A DNA stretch of 64,000 nucleotides. Source: Terriglobia bacterium (GTDB lineage: Bacteria; Acidobacteriota; Terriglobia; JAJPHL01; JAPKYU01). The stretch spans positions 224,001 to 288,000 of the forward strand of contig CBDBKE010000004.1 of NCBI GenBank assembly GCA_965206645.1. The letters run 5' to 3'. Under the pieces are notes generated by a model. That model had not been told where the DNA came from and ran no database searches. It saw nothing but the letters and a program-made list of their open reading frames with translations. This document shows, one piece after another, positions 30,322 through 40,409 of this stretch. The position numbers and the translations under genes are program-made. Each line of letters begins with the position of its first letter. Positions within the stretch are counted from its first letter, which is position 1.

Positions 30322-32358
30322 CTAAACTTTGATGACTTTCACACGAGTTGCCGCCCACGCCGCCGGATCCAGCAACGCGCACACGTTGGCACCGCGGTGG
30401 CGCGCATAACGTCCATAGGCAGTGTGCCCCTGGCCGGTGGCGACGACTACCGAATCGGGTGGAATGGCAGGCGAGAGCGCCGCTTGCGCCTTGATTTTCC
30501 CATGCGGCGACTCCAGCCAGATCCGCTCGCCATGGGCTACGCCAAGTTGTGCAGCCGTGTTGGGATTCAGTTCTGCGGCCGTGGTCCACACTGCTTGCGT
30601 TAAAGGGTCGGGTAATTCCTGGAGCCATGGCAGGTTGGCCCCTTCGCCCGTTCCCAGATTCACTCCGGCGTAGACCAGCAACGCCAGACCGCTGGCTTCG
30701 CCCGTCCAGTGCGGCGGCTCAAAGGCGGGGCTCAACTCGCGTGATTCCAGGCTGGGTACAAACTGGTACTTTTTCGACGGAGTGGCAAAGGCGAGAGGCT
30801 CCGGCTCCTCGGCCCATGCGCCGCCACGCTCCAGAGCGTCCGAGAGTTCTTCCTCGGAGGTGAACGAGGCGCCGATGGCGTTTTCCCAGTTCTCGTAAGG
30901 AAGCGGTTTATCCACCCGCGCCGCCAGGGCCAGCAGAGAGTCGGCGGCGTCTTGTGTCTGGTAGAGCGGCGCCAACGCTGGCTTTGCTACCGAGCGGACC
31001 GCACCGATCTCCCCGCCGGCCGCCGAGCGCGACTCCCAGCGTTCCAGAGCGCTGTGATCAGGCAAAACCACGTGTGCCCGCTCGGCAGTTTCGTCGGGGA
31101 ATGTGGACAGGCTGATGAGGAAGGGAACCTTGTCCCAGGGAAGAGCGGGGAATTCGTAGACCGGATTGGCGCCGTAGACCAGGACCACGCGCGCCGAGCT
31201 GAGCAGCGCCTGCCCGTCTCGGCTGGCGAGACTCGCCGCTGGCCGTACTTCCTCCCCTGGAGCGAACCAGAGCCCGCCAGGCACTCCGTAGCTGCCTACC
31301 AGCGCGTTGAGGGCATTGATAGCCACCAGTGCGGGCAGGGAATTGGAGTGGCCCGCGGCACTGCCGCCGGCGACCGCCACCGCCGGCCGGTGCGCGGCGA
31401 ATTCGCGCGCCACGCGCTCAATGCGTTTGGCGTCCAGGCCAGTAGTAGCCGCCACTGCCTCCGGCGGGTAGGCCGCCACGATCTGCCGGAAACGGTCCAG
31501 GCCCTGCGCGTTGCGGGACAGAAACTGCTGGTCCAGCAGCGAGTCGCGCAGCAGCACGTGGGCGATGGCCAGCGCCAGCGCTCCTTCGGTTCCCGGCTTC
31601 AAGGGCAACCATTCGTCAGCGTAGGCGGCTGTCAGCGAAAAACGTGCATCCGCCTGAACCAACTTGCCGCGACGGCCGGGGCGTCCCTGCCGCATGTGAG
31701 CCAGCAGGCGCTGCGTGCGAACCGGCGAAGGTCCGGCCTCGACCAACTGGGCGCCGAATGACAGCACATAGTTGGCGTTGCCGAAATCCGGGGCGGCGTG
31801 TGACGGGTAGCCGCACGTGAGTCGATTTGCCTCCAAGACCGCGCCTTCATCCAGAGGTTCGGCGATCAGGTGGCAGGCCCCGCCCAGCGCCCGGAGAAAT
31901 TCTCCTATCAATCGGCCGCGCAGCCCGTTCAGCCGGCGCGTCACCAGCACAATGCGCTGGGGTTCGGCGAGGGCCTCCCGCAACGTTCCGGCGGCGGCCC
32001 CGAGCGCCTCTTCCCAATCCACATCCTGCTTGCCACGCCGGGGAGCTTGGATGCGGTCGGGGTTATACAGCGCTTGAAGTTCAGCCTGGCCGCGCGCGCA
32101 CAAACGGCCGGCGTTGATGGGGTGGGTGGCCAATCCTTCCAGCTTCACGGCGCGCCCGTCTACCAGGCGGACTTCCAGCCCGCAGGCGGCGCCGCAGCCG
32201 CCGCATACGCTTTTCACCCACTTCTCTTCACCCAAAACCAGTTGGTCTTCTGGGACCAGCACGGGCATGGTCTCGCGCATGCCCTTGCCACAACTGGTCA
32301 GCATCGTGCTGCCGGCGGTCAGCACGCTCGAAATCTTAATGAAGTTGCGTCTATCCAT
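30322..32358 (-). CDS. Mo-bisPGD-family oxidoreductase-like subunit, Tat lipoprotein (ActB1/QrcB-like)
   Basis: MDRRNFIK..LTSC, CxxCxxxC..C, WLQELPDP C-terminal domain. Confidence 0.88.
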   Translation of the reverse strand: MDRRNFIKISSVLTAGSTMLTSCGKGMRETMPVLVPEDQLVLGEEKWVKSVCGGCGAACGLEVRLVDGRAVKLEGLATHPINAGRLCARGQAELQALYNPDRIQAPRRGKQDVDWEEALGAAAGTLREALAEPQRIVLVTRRLNGLRGRLIGEFLRALGGACHLIAEPLDEGAVLEANRLTCGYPSHAAPDFGNANYVLSFGAQLVEAGPSPVRTQRLLAHMRQGRPGRRGKLVQADARFSLTAAYADEWLPLKPGTEGALALAIAHVLLRDSLLDQQFLSRNAQGLDRFRQIVAAYPPEAVAATTGLDAKRIERVAREFAAHRPAVAVAGGSAAGHSNSLPALVAINALNALVGSYGVPGGLWFAPGEEVRPAASLASRDGQALLSSARVVLVYGANPVYEFPALPWDKVPFLISLSTFPDETAERAHVVLPDHSALERWESRSAAGGEIGAVRSVAKPALAPLYQTQDAADSLLALAARVDKPLPYENWENAIGASFTSEEELSDALERGGAWAEEPEPLAFATPSKKYQFVPSLESRELSPAFEPPHWTGEASGLALLVYAGVNLGTGEGANLPWLQELPDPLTQAVWTTAAELNPNTAAQLGVAHGERIWLESPHGKIKAQAALSPAIPPDSVVVATGQGHTAYGRYARHRGANVCALLDPAAWAATRVKVIKV

Positions 32359-32430
32359 GACTTGAAGTGACTCGAAGTCTTAAAATCCAAGGTCTAAGGT
32401 CCGGAGCCATCATGACTCCGGACCGTGGAC

Positions 32431-32931
32431 CTATTTGTGGCACGTTAGGCAGTCATTGGACGCCCCTCGATCCCGGTGGCAATCCATGCAGGTGGCCATA
32501 GTGAATTCCTTTTCGGTGGCTGAGATCACTGTCGTGCCGGTGTCGCCGTGGCACTCAGCGCATTCGATCTCTGCCTTCACATGACGCGAGTGGTTGAAAT
32601 AAACGAACTCAGGCACCTCGTAGAGGCGCACCCAGGGAATAAACTGCCGCGCTTTCTGGAATTGCGCGATCTTCTGCACTTCCGGGCTGTCGCTCTTGAT
32701 TACCTGGTGACAACTCATGCACAGGTTGGCCGTGGGCAAGCCTGCCTTCTCAGACTGGCTGACCAGCCGGTGGCAGTCCGCGCATTTAATTTTCTGCTCC
32801 AGGTGCAGGCTGTGGTCAAAGGTGACCGGCTGCTCGGGCGGGGCTGCGCGACGGCCCCACAAAAAAGCGGCCACCACGCATGCCAACATGACCAAGATGA
32901 GGGCCAGCCAACCGGTACGCACGAGCTTCAT
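32431..32931 (-). CDS. membrane-anchored pentaheme cytochrome c (ActA/QrcA-like)
   Basis: CADCH, CMSCH, CAECH, CMDCH, CLTCH; FVYFNHSRH. Confidence 0.92.
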   Translation of the reverse strand: MKLVRTGWLALILVMLACVVAAFLWGRRAAPPEQPVTFDHSLHLEQKIKCADCHRLVSQSEKAGLPTANLCMSCHQVIKSDSPEVQKIAQFQKARQFIPWVRLYEVPEFVYFNHSRHVKAEIECAECHGDTGTTVISATEKEFTMATCMDCHRDRGASNDCLTCHK

Positions 32932-34061
32932 CAATTGCTTTGGAACTGGCGCAACAAGACCCGGATGGCCGGGTCTTCCTGCCCCAAACGCCAGCCGGCC
33001 ACGCCGGCCAGTTGATTGCGCCAGGCCAGAGCTAACTTTTCCGCGATGCTCCAACCGTCTTCTAGCCAGACCGTGTGCGGCCGGCCTTGGTTTAGGAAGC
33101 CGAACCAGTGCGCCCGGTGTGTCGGGTCCCAGCGCCAGTCCGCTTGGTGCTCCCGCTGCAGGGCCTGCGCCTTCTGATAGCTTCCGGAGGTGGCCCCGGC
33201 TGCGCTCCAGTTGCGATGATAAAAGGCGAGTCCCAAGAGTAACTTGCGCTGCGGAACCAGAGCCACGGTTTCACGTAGCACCGCCTCCACCCAGTGGTAA
33301 CTGGCGATCGGTCCCGGGCCACCAAGGCGGCTATGCTGGTCGTAAGCCATCAGCACGACGCGATCAGCCAGGCGTCCGGCCGCGCGGTAGTCAAAGGTCT
33401 TCCGGTGACGCGGCGAAGGAACTGGCAACGCTACTCCCAGGGATAGCCCAGCTCGGGAATGAGCTGCGCGCAGCTCGGCAAGGAACTCGGAAAACTGCTG
33501 TCGCTGAGCTGCGTTGGCCCACAGACTCTCGAAGTCTATCACGTATCCTCGGAAGTGATAGCGGCGCGCCCGCTCCAACAGTTCGCGGACCAGCCGCGCT
33601 CGCGCCTGGCGTGAGCGCAGCAGCTCGGCCGCCACTTCCGGCGAGAAGTCGCGGTTGATGACCAGAGGCGTCAGAGGAATCCGCGACTGACGGCAATGGT
33701 CCAGCAGCGGCGTCCAGGGTTCGCCGGAAAGGCTGCCGTCGGCATGAGCTGCGAACCACTGCGGGGAAACCGAGGTCGCACGGTCGCCGTACAGCCGAAG
33801 CGATGCCAGCCCGACTTCCTCGTTCAGCGCGAACAAGACAACTTCCTTGCCGGCGCTTGGGTTGGGGAGCGCCTTCCTCCCGTCCACTGCCGCTCCGCGC
33901 ACGGCACTTCGGGACAGCACAGCAGCCCTGTCCTCACATTGCCCGGTGGCCGGGTTGAGCGCCAGCCAGGCCGCCACGGCCACCAGCACTGCTCGGCCGG
34001 CCAGGCGGGCAACGCCGATAGCTTCACTGAGCTTCATATTCATCTTCAATCGCTGTTTCAT
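32931..34061 (-). CDS. glycoside hydrolase family 18 (YdhD/SleL-like)
   Basis: VSPQWF, GYVIDFE, LMAYDQH, KLLLGL, WRLGQED; start uncertain. Confidence 0.85.
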   Translation of the reverse strand: MKQRLKMNMKLSEAIGVARLAGRAVLVAVAAWLALNPATGQCEDRAAVLSRSAVRGAAVDGRKALPNPSAGKEVVLFALNEEVGLASLRLYGDRATSVSPQWFAAHADGSLSGEPWTPLLDHCRQSRIPLTPLVINRDFSPEVAAELLRSRQARARLVRELLERARRYHFRGYVIDFESLWANAAQRQQFSEFLAELRAAHSRAGLSLGVALPVPSPRHRKTFDYRAAGRLADRVVLMAYDQHSRLGGPGPIASYHWVEAVLRETVALVPQRKLLLGLAFYHRNWSAAGATSGSYQKAQALQREHQADWRWDPTHRAHWFGFLNQGRPHTVWLEDGWSIAEKLALAWRNQLAGVAGWRLGQEDPAIRVLLRQFQSN

Positions 34062-35407
34062 TCCTCCCCAAGGCCCGGCCTCCTCAAGGACCGGCTGCGG
34101 AAGAAGAAGTAAGCGGGGACGCCCAGGCCTATCATCCCTAGGCCCACCAGTGAGCGCCACCACTCCTGCTGGCGCAGGATCATCACCACCAGGGCTGCGC
34201 TGACAACCACAAACAGCGCCGGGATCACCGGGTAACCCCAAGCGCGGTAGGGCCGCGGCCACTCCGGATGCTTGCGCCGCAATACGAAGAGTGAGCCGAC
34301 GCCCAGTCCGTAGAAGCACCAATTGGCAAAAATCGCGTAGGTGAACAACTGTTGGAAGGTTCCAGTCAAGCTGATCAGGGCTCCTATAATGGTTTGGACG
34401 ACCACGGCGACGTGAGGACTGTAGAAGCGCGGGTGCACGGCTGCCAACTGGCCGAACATCAACCCATCGCGCGCCATAGCGTAAGGCACGCGCGCGCCCG
34501 AGAGGATCGAGCCGTTGAGGGCGCCAAAGATGGAAATCAAGGCCGCCAGGGCAACGGCGTCGCCACCCCACCCGCCGAACAAGCGCCGCGCCACATCGCC
34601 GGCCACCCGATCCGAGGCGGCCACCTCGGCCGCGGGTAGGACATAGAAGTAGGCCAGGTTGGTCAGAAGATAGAGCAGTCCTACGGCCACGGTTCCCAGC
34701 AGCAGCGAGCGGGGAATGTTCTTTTGTGGGTCGGCCACTTCGCCCCCGGCCAGGTTCAGGTCATTCCACCCCTGGTAGGCCCACAGCGCGGCCACCAGAG
34801 CCAACACGAAACCGCTGACGGGCGCCTGAACGGGTATCGAGGTGCGTAGGTGACTCCATTGGGCGTCTCCCCACTCGGCTCCGAAGACCAATGCGGCCAG
34901 CACCAGGGCCAGCAGCAAGGCTACCTTCAGGACGGTAAAGAAGGTTTGTACAGCGCCACCGGCGCGGACGCCGAAGTAGTTTACGGCCCCGAGCACGGCA
35001 AGTACTACAACTGCAACTACTTTTAAATGAAGGGAAGGGAAGAGAATTGTCAAGTACAAGGCGAATGCTGTCGCCAGCGTCGCCATCGCCGCCGTTGTCA
35101 TCACCAGAAACTTCGTCCAGCCGTAGAGGAAGCCCCACATCCGGCCGTAGGCCTCCCGCAGATAGACGTAGTCGCCGCCCGAGTGCGGCAGCATCGCCCC
35201 CAGCTCGGCGTAGGCCAGCGCCCCGCTGAGCGAGAGCAGGCCGACAAAGATCCACACCAGGAAGACCGCTTCCGGCGTTCCCACGCCGCGCATCATCGAG
35301 CTGGAAACCAGGAAGATACCGCTGCCAACGATGTTGCCTACGACCAACGAAGCGGCACCCCAAACACCCAGGCCGCGTACCAGCTCGCTATTGGACTTAG
35401 GCAGCAT
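34058..35407 (-). CDS. APC-family amino acid permease
   Basis: IVGSGIF, YAELG..P.SGG.YVYL, GEV..P.KNIPR, RPYRAWGYP. Confidence 0.92.
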   Translation of the reverse strand: MLPKSNSELVRGLGVWGAASLVVGNIVGSGIFLVSSSMMRGVGTPEAVFLVWIFVGLLSLSGALAYAELGAMLPHSGGDYVYLREAYGRMWGFLYGWTKFLVMTTAAMATLATAFALYLTILFPSLHLKVVAVVVLAVLGAVNYFGVRAGGAVQTFFTVLKVALLLALVLAALVFGAEWGDAQWSHLRTSIPVQAPVSGFVLALVAALWAYQGWNDLNLAGGEVADPQKNIPRSLLLGTVAVGLLYLLTNLAYFYVLPAAEVAASDRVAGDVARRLFGGWGGDAVALAALISIFGALNGSILSGARVPYAMARDGLMFGQLAAVHPRFYSPHVAVVVQTIIGALISLTGTFQQLFTYAIFANWCFYGLGVGSLFVLRRKHPEWPRPYRAWGYPVIPALFVVVSAALVVMILRQQEWWRSLVGLGMIGLGVPAYFFFRSRSLRRPGLGEE

Positions 35408-36869
35408 CGGTGCCTGTTGAAGGGCTTGCCAGGGCAGGAGTCCAAGGCAAGCTGGCCAGGTAGCCCACGGAAAAGGTGACGGTGGTTCCGATCAGCACGT
35501 ACCAAGTCCAGGCGATTGGGGTCCACTGCCACACGTAGATCATCACCGCCAGCCCGGCGACCATGCCTATGATGGAGCCGTTCTCGTTCGCGCGCCGCGT
35601 CAGCACGCCTAGCATGAAAGTGCCCAGCAGAGAGCCGAAGGCGACCGACGCAATGCTCAGTCCCATTTCGAATACCGAGGTGCGCCACTGGGCGGCGGCC
35701 ATGGCAATCCCAATCAGGATGACGCCCCACAGCAGCGTGGCCGCCCGCGAGGCTCTCAGGTAGTGCGCCTCGCTGCGGCCGGGCGCCAGGTGCGCCCGGT
35801 AGAAGTCCACCACCGAGGTAGAGGCCAGCGCGTTCAGCGCGGCGCTCAGGTTGGCCATGGCGGCCGCCAGAATGGCGGCCACCACCAGGCCGGCTAGCAC
35901 CGGCGGGAAATGTTCGGCGATGAAGATGGGGAAGATGGCGTCGGGGCGCGGGAAGGGCTGCGCCGGCGGAAAATGCTGGTAGTAGGCGAACAGCATGACC
36001 CCGATCACCAGGAACAGGGCGAACTGGAAGAAGATGACCACCCAGCTTGCGAACAAGGCCCGGCGGCTCTCCCGCTCGTCGCGAGCGGCCAGCAACCGCT
36101 GCACCATTAACTGATCGGTACCGTGGCTGGCCGTGGTCAGAAACATTCCGCCCAGGATGCCTGCCCAGAAGGTGTAGGTCTTGGTAACGGAGAAGGTGAA
36201 ATCAAAGACCCCCAACTTGTTGCCGTGCTCGCTGGCCAGCGCCACGACCTCGCTCCAGCCGCCGGGCACCAATTGGAGCAGCATCCAAAAGCTGAGCAGT
36301 GCGCCGGCAATGTAGATGCACATCTGGATGACTTCGGTCCAGATGACAGCGGTCAGGCCGCCTTCGAAGGTGTAGAACAGCGTCAGCGCCGTGATGAGTA
36401 ACACCGAGGCCAGCTCCCCTGTGCCGAGAACCACGCCCACCAGGATGGCGATAGCAAACACGCGCACTCCTTCGGCCACGCTCCGGATCACCAGGAAGGC
36501 GGCGGCGGTGACGAGCTTCAGCCGCGGGCCAAAGCGCCGCTCGATCAGCTGGTAAGCGGTGAACAGCTCCCCCTTAAAGTAGTGCGGCAACAGCAACGTG
36601 CTGATGACCACCCTCGCCAGCAGGTAGCCGAACACCACCTGGAGGAAGCCCAGGTTGCCGTAGTAGGCAATGCCCGGCGTGCCGATGATGGTCAGGATAC
36701 TGGTTTCGGCCGAAACGATGGAGAGCGCGATCGCCCACCAGGGGACAGTGCGGCCACCCAGGAAGTAGTCTTTCAGCGAATGCTGGGACTTGCGGAAGTG
36801 AGCGCCAAAGGCGGTGATGCCAAGCAGATAGACAACGATCACCGCCAAATCCACATAGCCCAGCCTCAC
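35397..36869 (-). CDS. sodium:solute symporter
   Basis: DYFLGGR..PWWAI, GGLTAVIWT, DQLMVQRLL. Confidence 0.92.
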   Translation of the reverse strand: MRLGYVDLAVIVVYLLGITAFGAHFRKSQHSLKDYFLGGRTVPWWAIALSIVSAETSILTIIGTPGIAYYGNLGFLQVVFGYLLARVVISTLLLPHYFKGELFTAYQLIERRFGPRLKLVTAAAFLVIRSVAEGVRVFAIAILVGVVLGTGELASVLLITALTLFYTFEGGLTAVIWTEVIQMCIYIAGALLSFWMLLQLVPGGWSEVVALASEHGNKLGVFDFTFSVTKTYTFWAGILGGMFLTTASHGTDQLMVQRLLAARDERESRRALFASWVVIFFQFALFLVIGVMLFAYYQHFPPAQPFPRPDAIFPIFIAEHFPPVLAGLVVAAILAAAMANLSAALNALASTSVVDFYRAHLAPGRSEAHYLRASRAATLLWGVILIGIAMAAAQWRTSVFEMGLSIASVAFGSLLGTFMLGVLTRRANENGSIIGMVAGLAVMIYVWQWTPIAWTWYVLIGTTVTFSVGYLASLPWTPALASPSTGTDAA

Positions 36870-36977
36870 GTACGCTCCTCACATGCAGAATCGGCCAAAG
36901 CAGAATCGACTACAAGCAAGATCGATGAGTGATGCTACCACGCTGCGTCGTAACAGCAGCAGGCGGCGTGCCACCTC

Positions 36978-37019
36978 GATTAACGTGGATTCACCTGGGA
37001 TTAACGTGGATCAACCTGT
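36978..37019. repeat. 21-bp imperfect tandem repeat (2 copies)
   Basis: GATTAACGTGGATTCACCTGG / GATTAACGTGGATCAACCTGT. Confidence 0.7.
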
Positions 37020-37179
37020 GAATCAACCGGGCCGGCGAGCGGGGCTGGCGAACCGGCATTAGGTGTTCCGGAACTGCTCGCCTCAGTTCGCGGTTGGCAG
37101 GCCATGCATTGTGGGCGTGCAGAAAACACGGCTTCCTCAGCCGAGCTGCAAGCGAGCCGAAAAGGCCTTCCTTCGAAGT

Positions 37180-38130
37180 TCACCGGGGGGCGGTTTGGGG
37201 TTTGCGTAGCCGGCGGAAAAAGGCGCGGGCGGCTTCGATGTCCCGGGCGATCTGAGCCTTGAGCTCTTCGGCGGAGGAGAACTTCAGCTCGTCGCGGAGC
37301 CGGTGCCAGAACACCACTTCCATCTGGCTGGCGCCGGGCGGCGGTGGCGCTTCCAGAAGAAAGCATTCTACGCGCAGTTGGTTGACGTCGAAGGTGGGGC
37401 TGTAGCCGACGTTGGTCACCGAGGTGGCGCGCTGTCCGGCGCAGATGCTTTCGGTGACGTAGATGCCGCATGCCGGTAGCAGATCGGAATAGGGCTCCAG
37501 GTTCAGCGTGGGGACGGCCTCCGTGCGACCGATGCCGCGCCCGGGCACGATCCGGCCCTGAACCGAGAAGCAGCGCCCCAGCAGGCGGTTGGCCAAACCC
37601 AGTTGCCCTTCCACAATGAGCTGGCGGAGGCGCGTACTGCTGACCGCCTGGCCCCGTAGGCGCACCGCCGGTACCATCTTCACCGCAAATCCCGACCGCC
37701 GCCCCAGGTCCATCAACGCGTGCACGTCACCGGCCTGCCGGTGCCCAAAGCGGAAATTTCCGCCGACAATGATTTCCCTCGCGGCCAGACGCTCCGTCAG
37801 AATCTGGCGCGCAAACTGTTCCGGGGTCAGTTGCGACAGTTCCCGGGTGAAGGGCAGTACCAGCACGCCGGCCAGGCCCGCTTGCTCCAGCAGGGCGAGT
37901 TTCATGGGCAGCGGAGTGACCAGGTGGGGCACGCGCTCGGGAGCCACAATATGGGTCGGGTGCGGATCGAAGGTGAGCAGCAACGGTGTGCCGCCAGCTT
38001 CAGTCGCCCGGCGGCAGACGATTTCCAGGATGCGCCGGTGCCCTAGATGGACCCCGTCGAAGTTGCCGATGGTGAAGACGGGATAGGACAGTCCCCCGGG
38101 AAACTCCGACAGGCTGCGCCACACCCTCAC
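37180..38130 (-). CDS. ribF: riboflavin kinase / FAD synthetase
   Basis: TIGNFDGVHLGH, TFDPHP, VSSTR, PTLNL, NVGYSPTF, LRDELKF. Confidence 0.95.
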   Translation of the reverse strand: MRVWRSLSEFPGGLSYPVFTIGNFDGVHLGHRRILEIVCRRATEAGGTPLLLTFDPHPTHIVAPERVPHLVTPLPMKLALLEQAGLAGVLVLPFTRELSQLTPEQFARQILTERLAAREIIVGGNFRFGHRQAGDVHALMDLGRRSGFAVKMVPAVRLRGQAVSSTRLRQLIVEGQLGLANRLLGRCFSVQGRIVPGRGIGRTEAVPTLNLEPYSDLLPACGIYVTESICAGQRATSVTNVGYSPTFDVNQLRVECFLLEAPPPPGASQMEVVFWHRLRDELKFSSAEELKAQIARDIEAARAFFRRLRKPQTAPR

Positions 38131-38897
38131 AGCTCGACCTCTACCTGCAGGCCGTCGTAGCAGAGCTGGACGTGCTCCGGCAGGCTGGCGTTGGTCTCCT
38201 CATGGGCCAGGTCGTGGGCGATGTGGGTGAGGAAAGCGCGGCGCGGCGCGAGGCGAGCGACGTGCTCCAGCGCTTGCTCGACGGTGCAGTGCGTGGGGTG
38301 CGGAGCGTGGCGCAGCGCGTCCAGAAAAACCACGTCCAGGTTTTCCAGCAGCGCGTAGGAGCCCTCCGGGATCTGACCGTAGTCGGTCAGATAGGCGGCG
38401 CTGCCAAAGCGAAAGCCCAGAACCTCCATGAACCCGTGCAGCAGCGGCACCGGAATGAAGCTGGCGCCGAACAGCTCCAGCGGTCCGTCCAGCACGTGGG
38501 CCGCTACGTCCGGCACTCCCCCAAAGGGCGCGTTGCCGCTAAAGATGTAGTGGAAGGTCCGGCGGATGGACTCAATCGTCTTACGGCTGCCGTAAATGGG
38601 GACGGCACTCTTCTGGTGGAAATTGAAGGGGCGTACGTCGTCCAGCCCCAAGATGTGGTCCGCGTGGGGATGCGTGAACAGCACGGCATCAAGCCGCGAG
38701 AGGCCGGCGCGCAGGGCCTGGAAGCGGAAGTCGGGTGAGGTGTCAATGACCACGTTGCGCCCCCCGTATTGCACAAGCAGCGACGGACGGGTGCGTTTGT
38801 CGCGCGGATCCTTGGATAGGCAGACGCGGCAGCGGCAGCCAATGGTGGGCACCCCCAGGGAGGTTCCCGAGCCTAGCACTGTCAGTAGCCCAGTCAC
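38127..38897 (-). CDS. MBL-fold metallo-hydrolase (PhnP-like)
   Basis: LGSGTS.GVP..GC.C..C, THPHADHILGLDD. Confidence 0.92.
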   Translation of the reverse strand: MTGLLTVLGSGTSLGVPTIGCRCRVCLSKDPRDKRTRPSLLVQYGGRNVVIDTSPDFRFQALRAGLSRLDAVLFTHPHADHILGLDDVRPFNFHQKSAVPIYGSRKTIESIRRTFHYIFSGNAPFGGVPDVAAHVLDGPLELFGASFIPVPLLHGFMEVLGFRFGSAAYLTDYGQIPEGSYALLENLDVVFLDALRHAPHPTHCTVEQALEHVARLAPRRAFLTHIAHDLAHEETNASLPEHVQLCYDGLQVEVEL

Positions 38898-39424
38898 GGC
38901 GCTTTCGAGTACTTACGGTTGAGTTCCATCCAGGCCATGCGTAGCTCGTAGATGCTGCTATCCAACAGGCGCTGCTCGCCCGGGGCCAAATTGCCACGGG
39001 TCTTATCCGCGAGCAGGGCCAGCATGTCAATCGTGTCGCGGGCCCCGAACAGGTCCGGCTCGAGCGGCTGGCTCGGGTCGGTGGTCAGCAGGCCCAGCTG
39101 CAGCATGGCCGTCTGAGTGAAGAAGACCACAATCTTGTCAAAGGAGGGACCAATGCCGGTTCCGACGGCTGCGTATTTCCGGGCAGCCTGCTCCGCTTCA
39201 ACTGAGGGGGCTGGGGCCGAGGGCGCCGGTGCTGAAAATACTGGTTCTAAGAGTGTGGGTGTTGAGGGTGTGGGCCCGGCTGGCTGCGCCGCCGGGCGCG
39301 AGAGCGGCAGTGGAGGCGTCGGCTCCGGACGAGGAGTATCCTCGGCTCCTTCGCGCAGGTCTCCTTCTGACGTGATTCTACGCCGGTCGGTGACCTGAAA
39401 TTCCGGCTCTTTCTCCTCGTCCAT
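38894..39424 (-). CDS. DUF1844 domain protein
   Basis: VTDRRR, A..TIDML..L.DKTRGNL..E..LL. Confidence 0.85.
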   Translation of the reverse strand: MDEEKEPEFQVTDRRRITSEGDLREGAEDTPRPEPTPPLPLSRPAAQPAGPTPSTPTLLEPVFSAPAPSAPAPSVEAEQAARKYAAVGTGIGPSFDKIVVFFTQTAMLQLGLLTTDPSQPLEPDLFGARDTIDMLALLADKTRGNLAPGEQRLLDSSIYELRMAWMELNRKYSKAP

Positions 39425-39590
39425 CGGCCCCTGCACGCTTCCAGTGAATTCCCAGTTAAATTCCCAGTTAGATTCTAAGTCTAGCACAGCCGCGTTGCCG
39501 GGCTGTGGGAGCCGGCGACCGCTTGTGCGGCCGACTACGTTGTCCTGGGCGCGACCCTCTGTTAGTCTTGTTCGCTTGTCTTCACAACGT

Positions 39591-40409
39591 ATGCCGGGTG
39601 AGCGATTTGCCGAATTGGTGACGCTGATGGCGCGGCTGCGGGCGCCCGACGGGTGTCCCTGGGACCGCGCCCAAACCTTTGATTCCATCAAGCCCTACCT
39701 GCTGGAAGAGACCTACGAAGTGGTGGACGCCATTGACCGGCGCGACTTTGATGAACTCGCAGGCGAGCTGGGCGACCTACTGCTGCAGGTGGTTTTCTTT
39801 TCCCAGATGGCGTCCGAGCAGGGCCGCTTCACCATGGATGACGTAGTCCAGCGCATTCACACCAAGATGGTGCGCCGGCATCCGCACGTCTTTGGTGGCG
39901 CCGAGGCCCGGACTCCTGGCGACGTGCTTCGCCGCTGGGAGGAAATCAAGGCCGAGGAGCAGCGGGAGCAGGCCGAACGACACGGCGAGCCGCCGACGGG
40001 CGCGACGCTGCTGGACGGGGTGGCGCGCGCGATGCCGGCGCTGCTGGAAGCCTACCAGCTTAACTCCCGCGCCTCGTCTGTGGGTTTCGACTGGCGGCGC
40101 ATCGAAGAGCTGCTGGAGAAGGTCAGCGAAGAGCTAGGCGAACTGCGCCAGGCGCTGGCCGAGGCCGAGCCTGAGCACCGGCGTCAGCACTGCCAGGAAG
40201 AGGTGGGGGACCTGCTGTTCGTGGCCGTCAACGTGGCCCGCTTCCTGGGTCTGGAGCCAGAAACCGCCTTGCGCCGCGCCAATGACAAGTTTCGCCGGCG
40301 CTTTGGTTGGCTGGAGGGGCGCCTGGCCGAGCGGGGCAAGAAGCCGGCCGAGTCCACGCTCGAGGAGATGGACGAGTTGTGGCGGCGCTCCAAGAAGGAG
40401 CTGCGGTGA
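39591..40409 (+). CDS. mazG: nucleoside triphosphate pyrophosphohydrolase MazG
   Basis: LRAPDGCPWDR.QT, EETYE, ELGDLLLQ, RRHPHVF, EEVGDLLF. Confidence 0.95.
   Translation: MPGERFAELVTLMARLRAPDGCPWDRAQTFDSIKPYLLEETYEVVDAIDRRDFDELAGELGDLLLQVVFFSQMASEQGRFTMDDVVQRIHTKMVRRHPHVFGGAEARTPGDVLRRWEEIKAEEQREQAERHGEPPTGATLLDGVARAMPALLEAYQLNSRASSVGFDWRRIEELLEKVSEELGELRQALAEAEPEHRRQHCQEEVGDLLFVAVNVARFLGLEPETALRRANDKFRRRFGWLEGRLAERGKKPAESTLEEMDELWRRSKKELR

Noticed and set aside
34062-34571. N-terminal extension of the GH18 ORF (546 aa)
   Set aside because: Overlaps the APC permease in another frame and has low-complexity Arg/Pro composition
36978-37030. Possible CRISPR array
   Set aside because: Only two adjacent 21-bp copies, no spacers and no cas genes in the window
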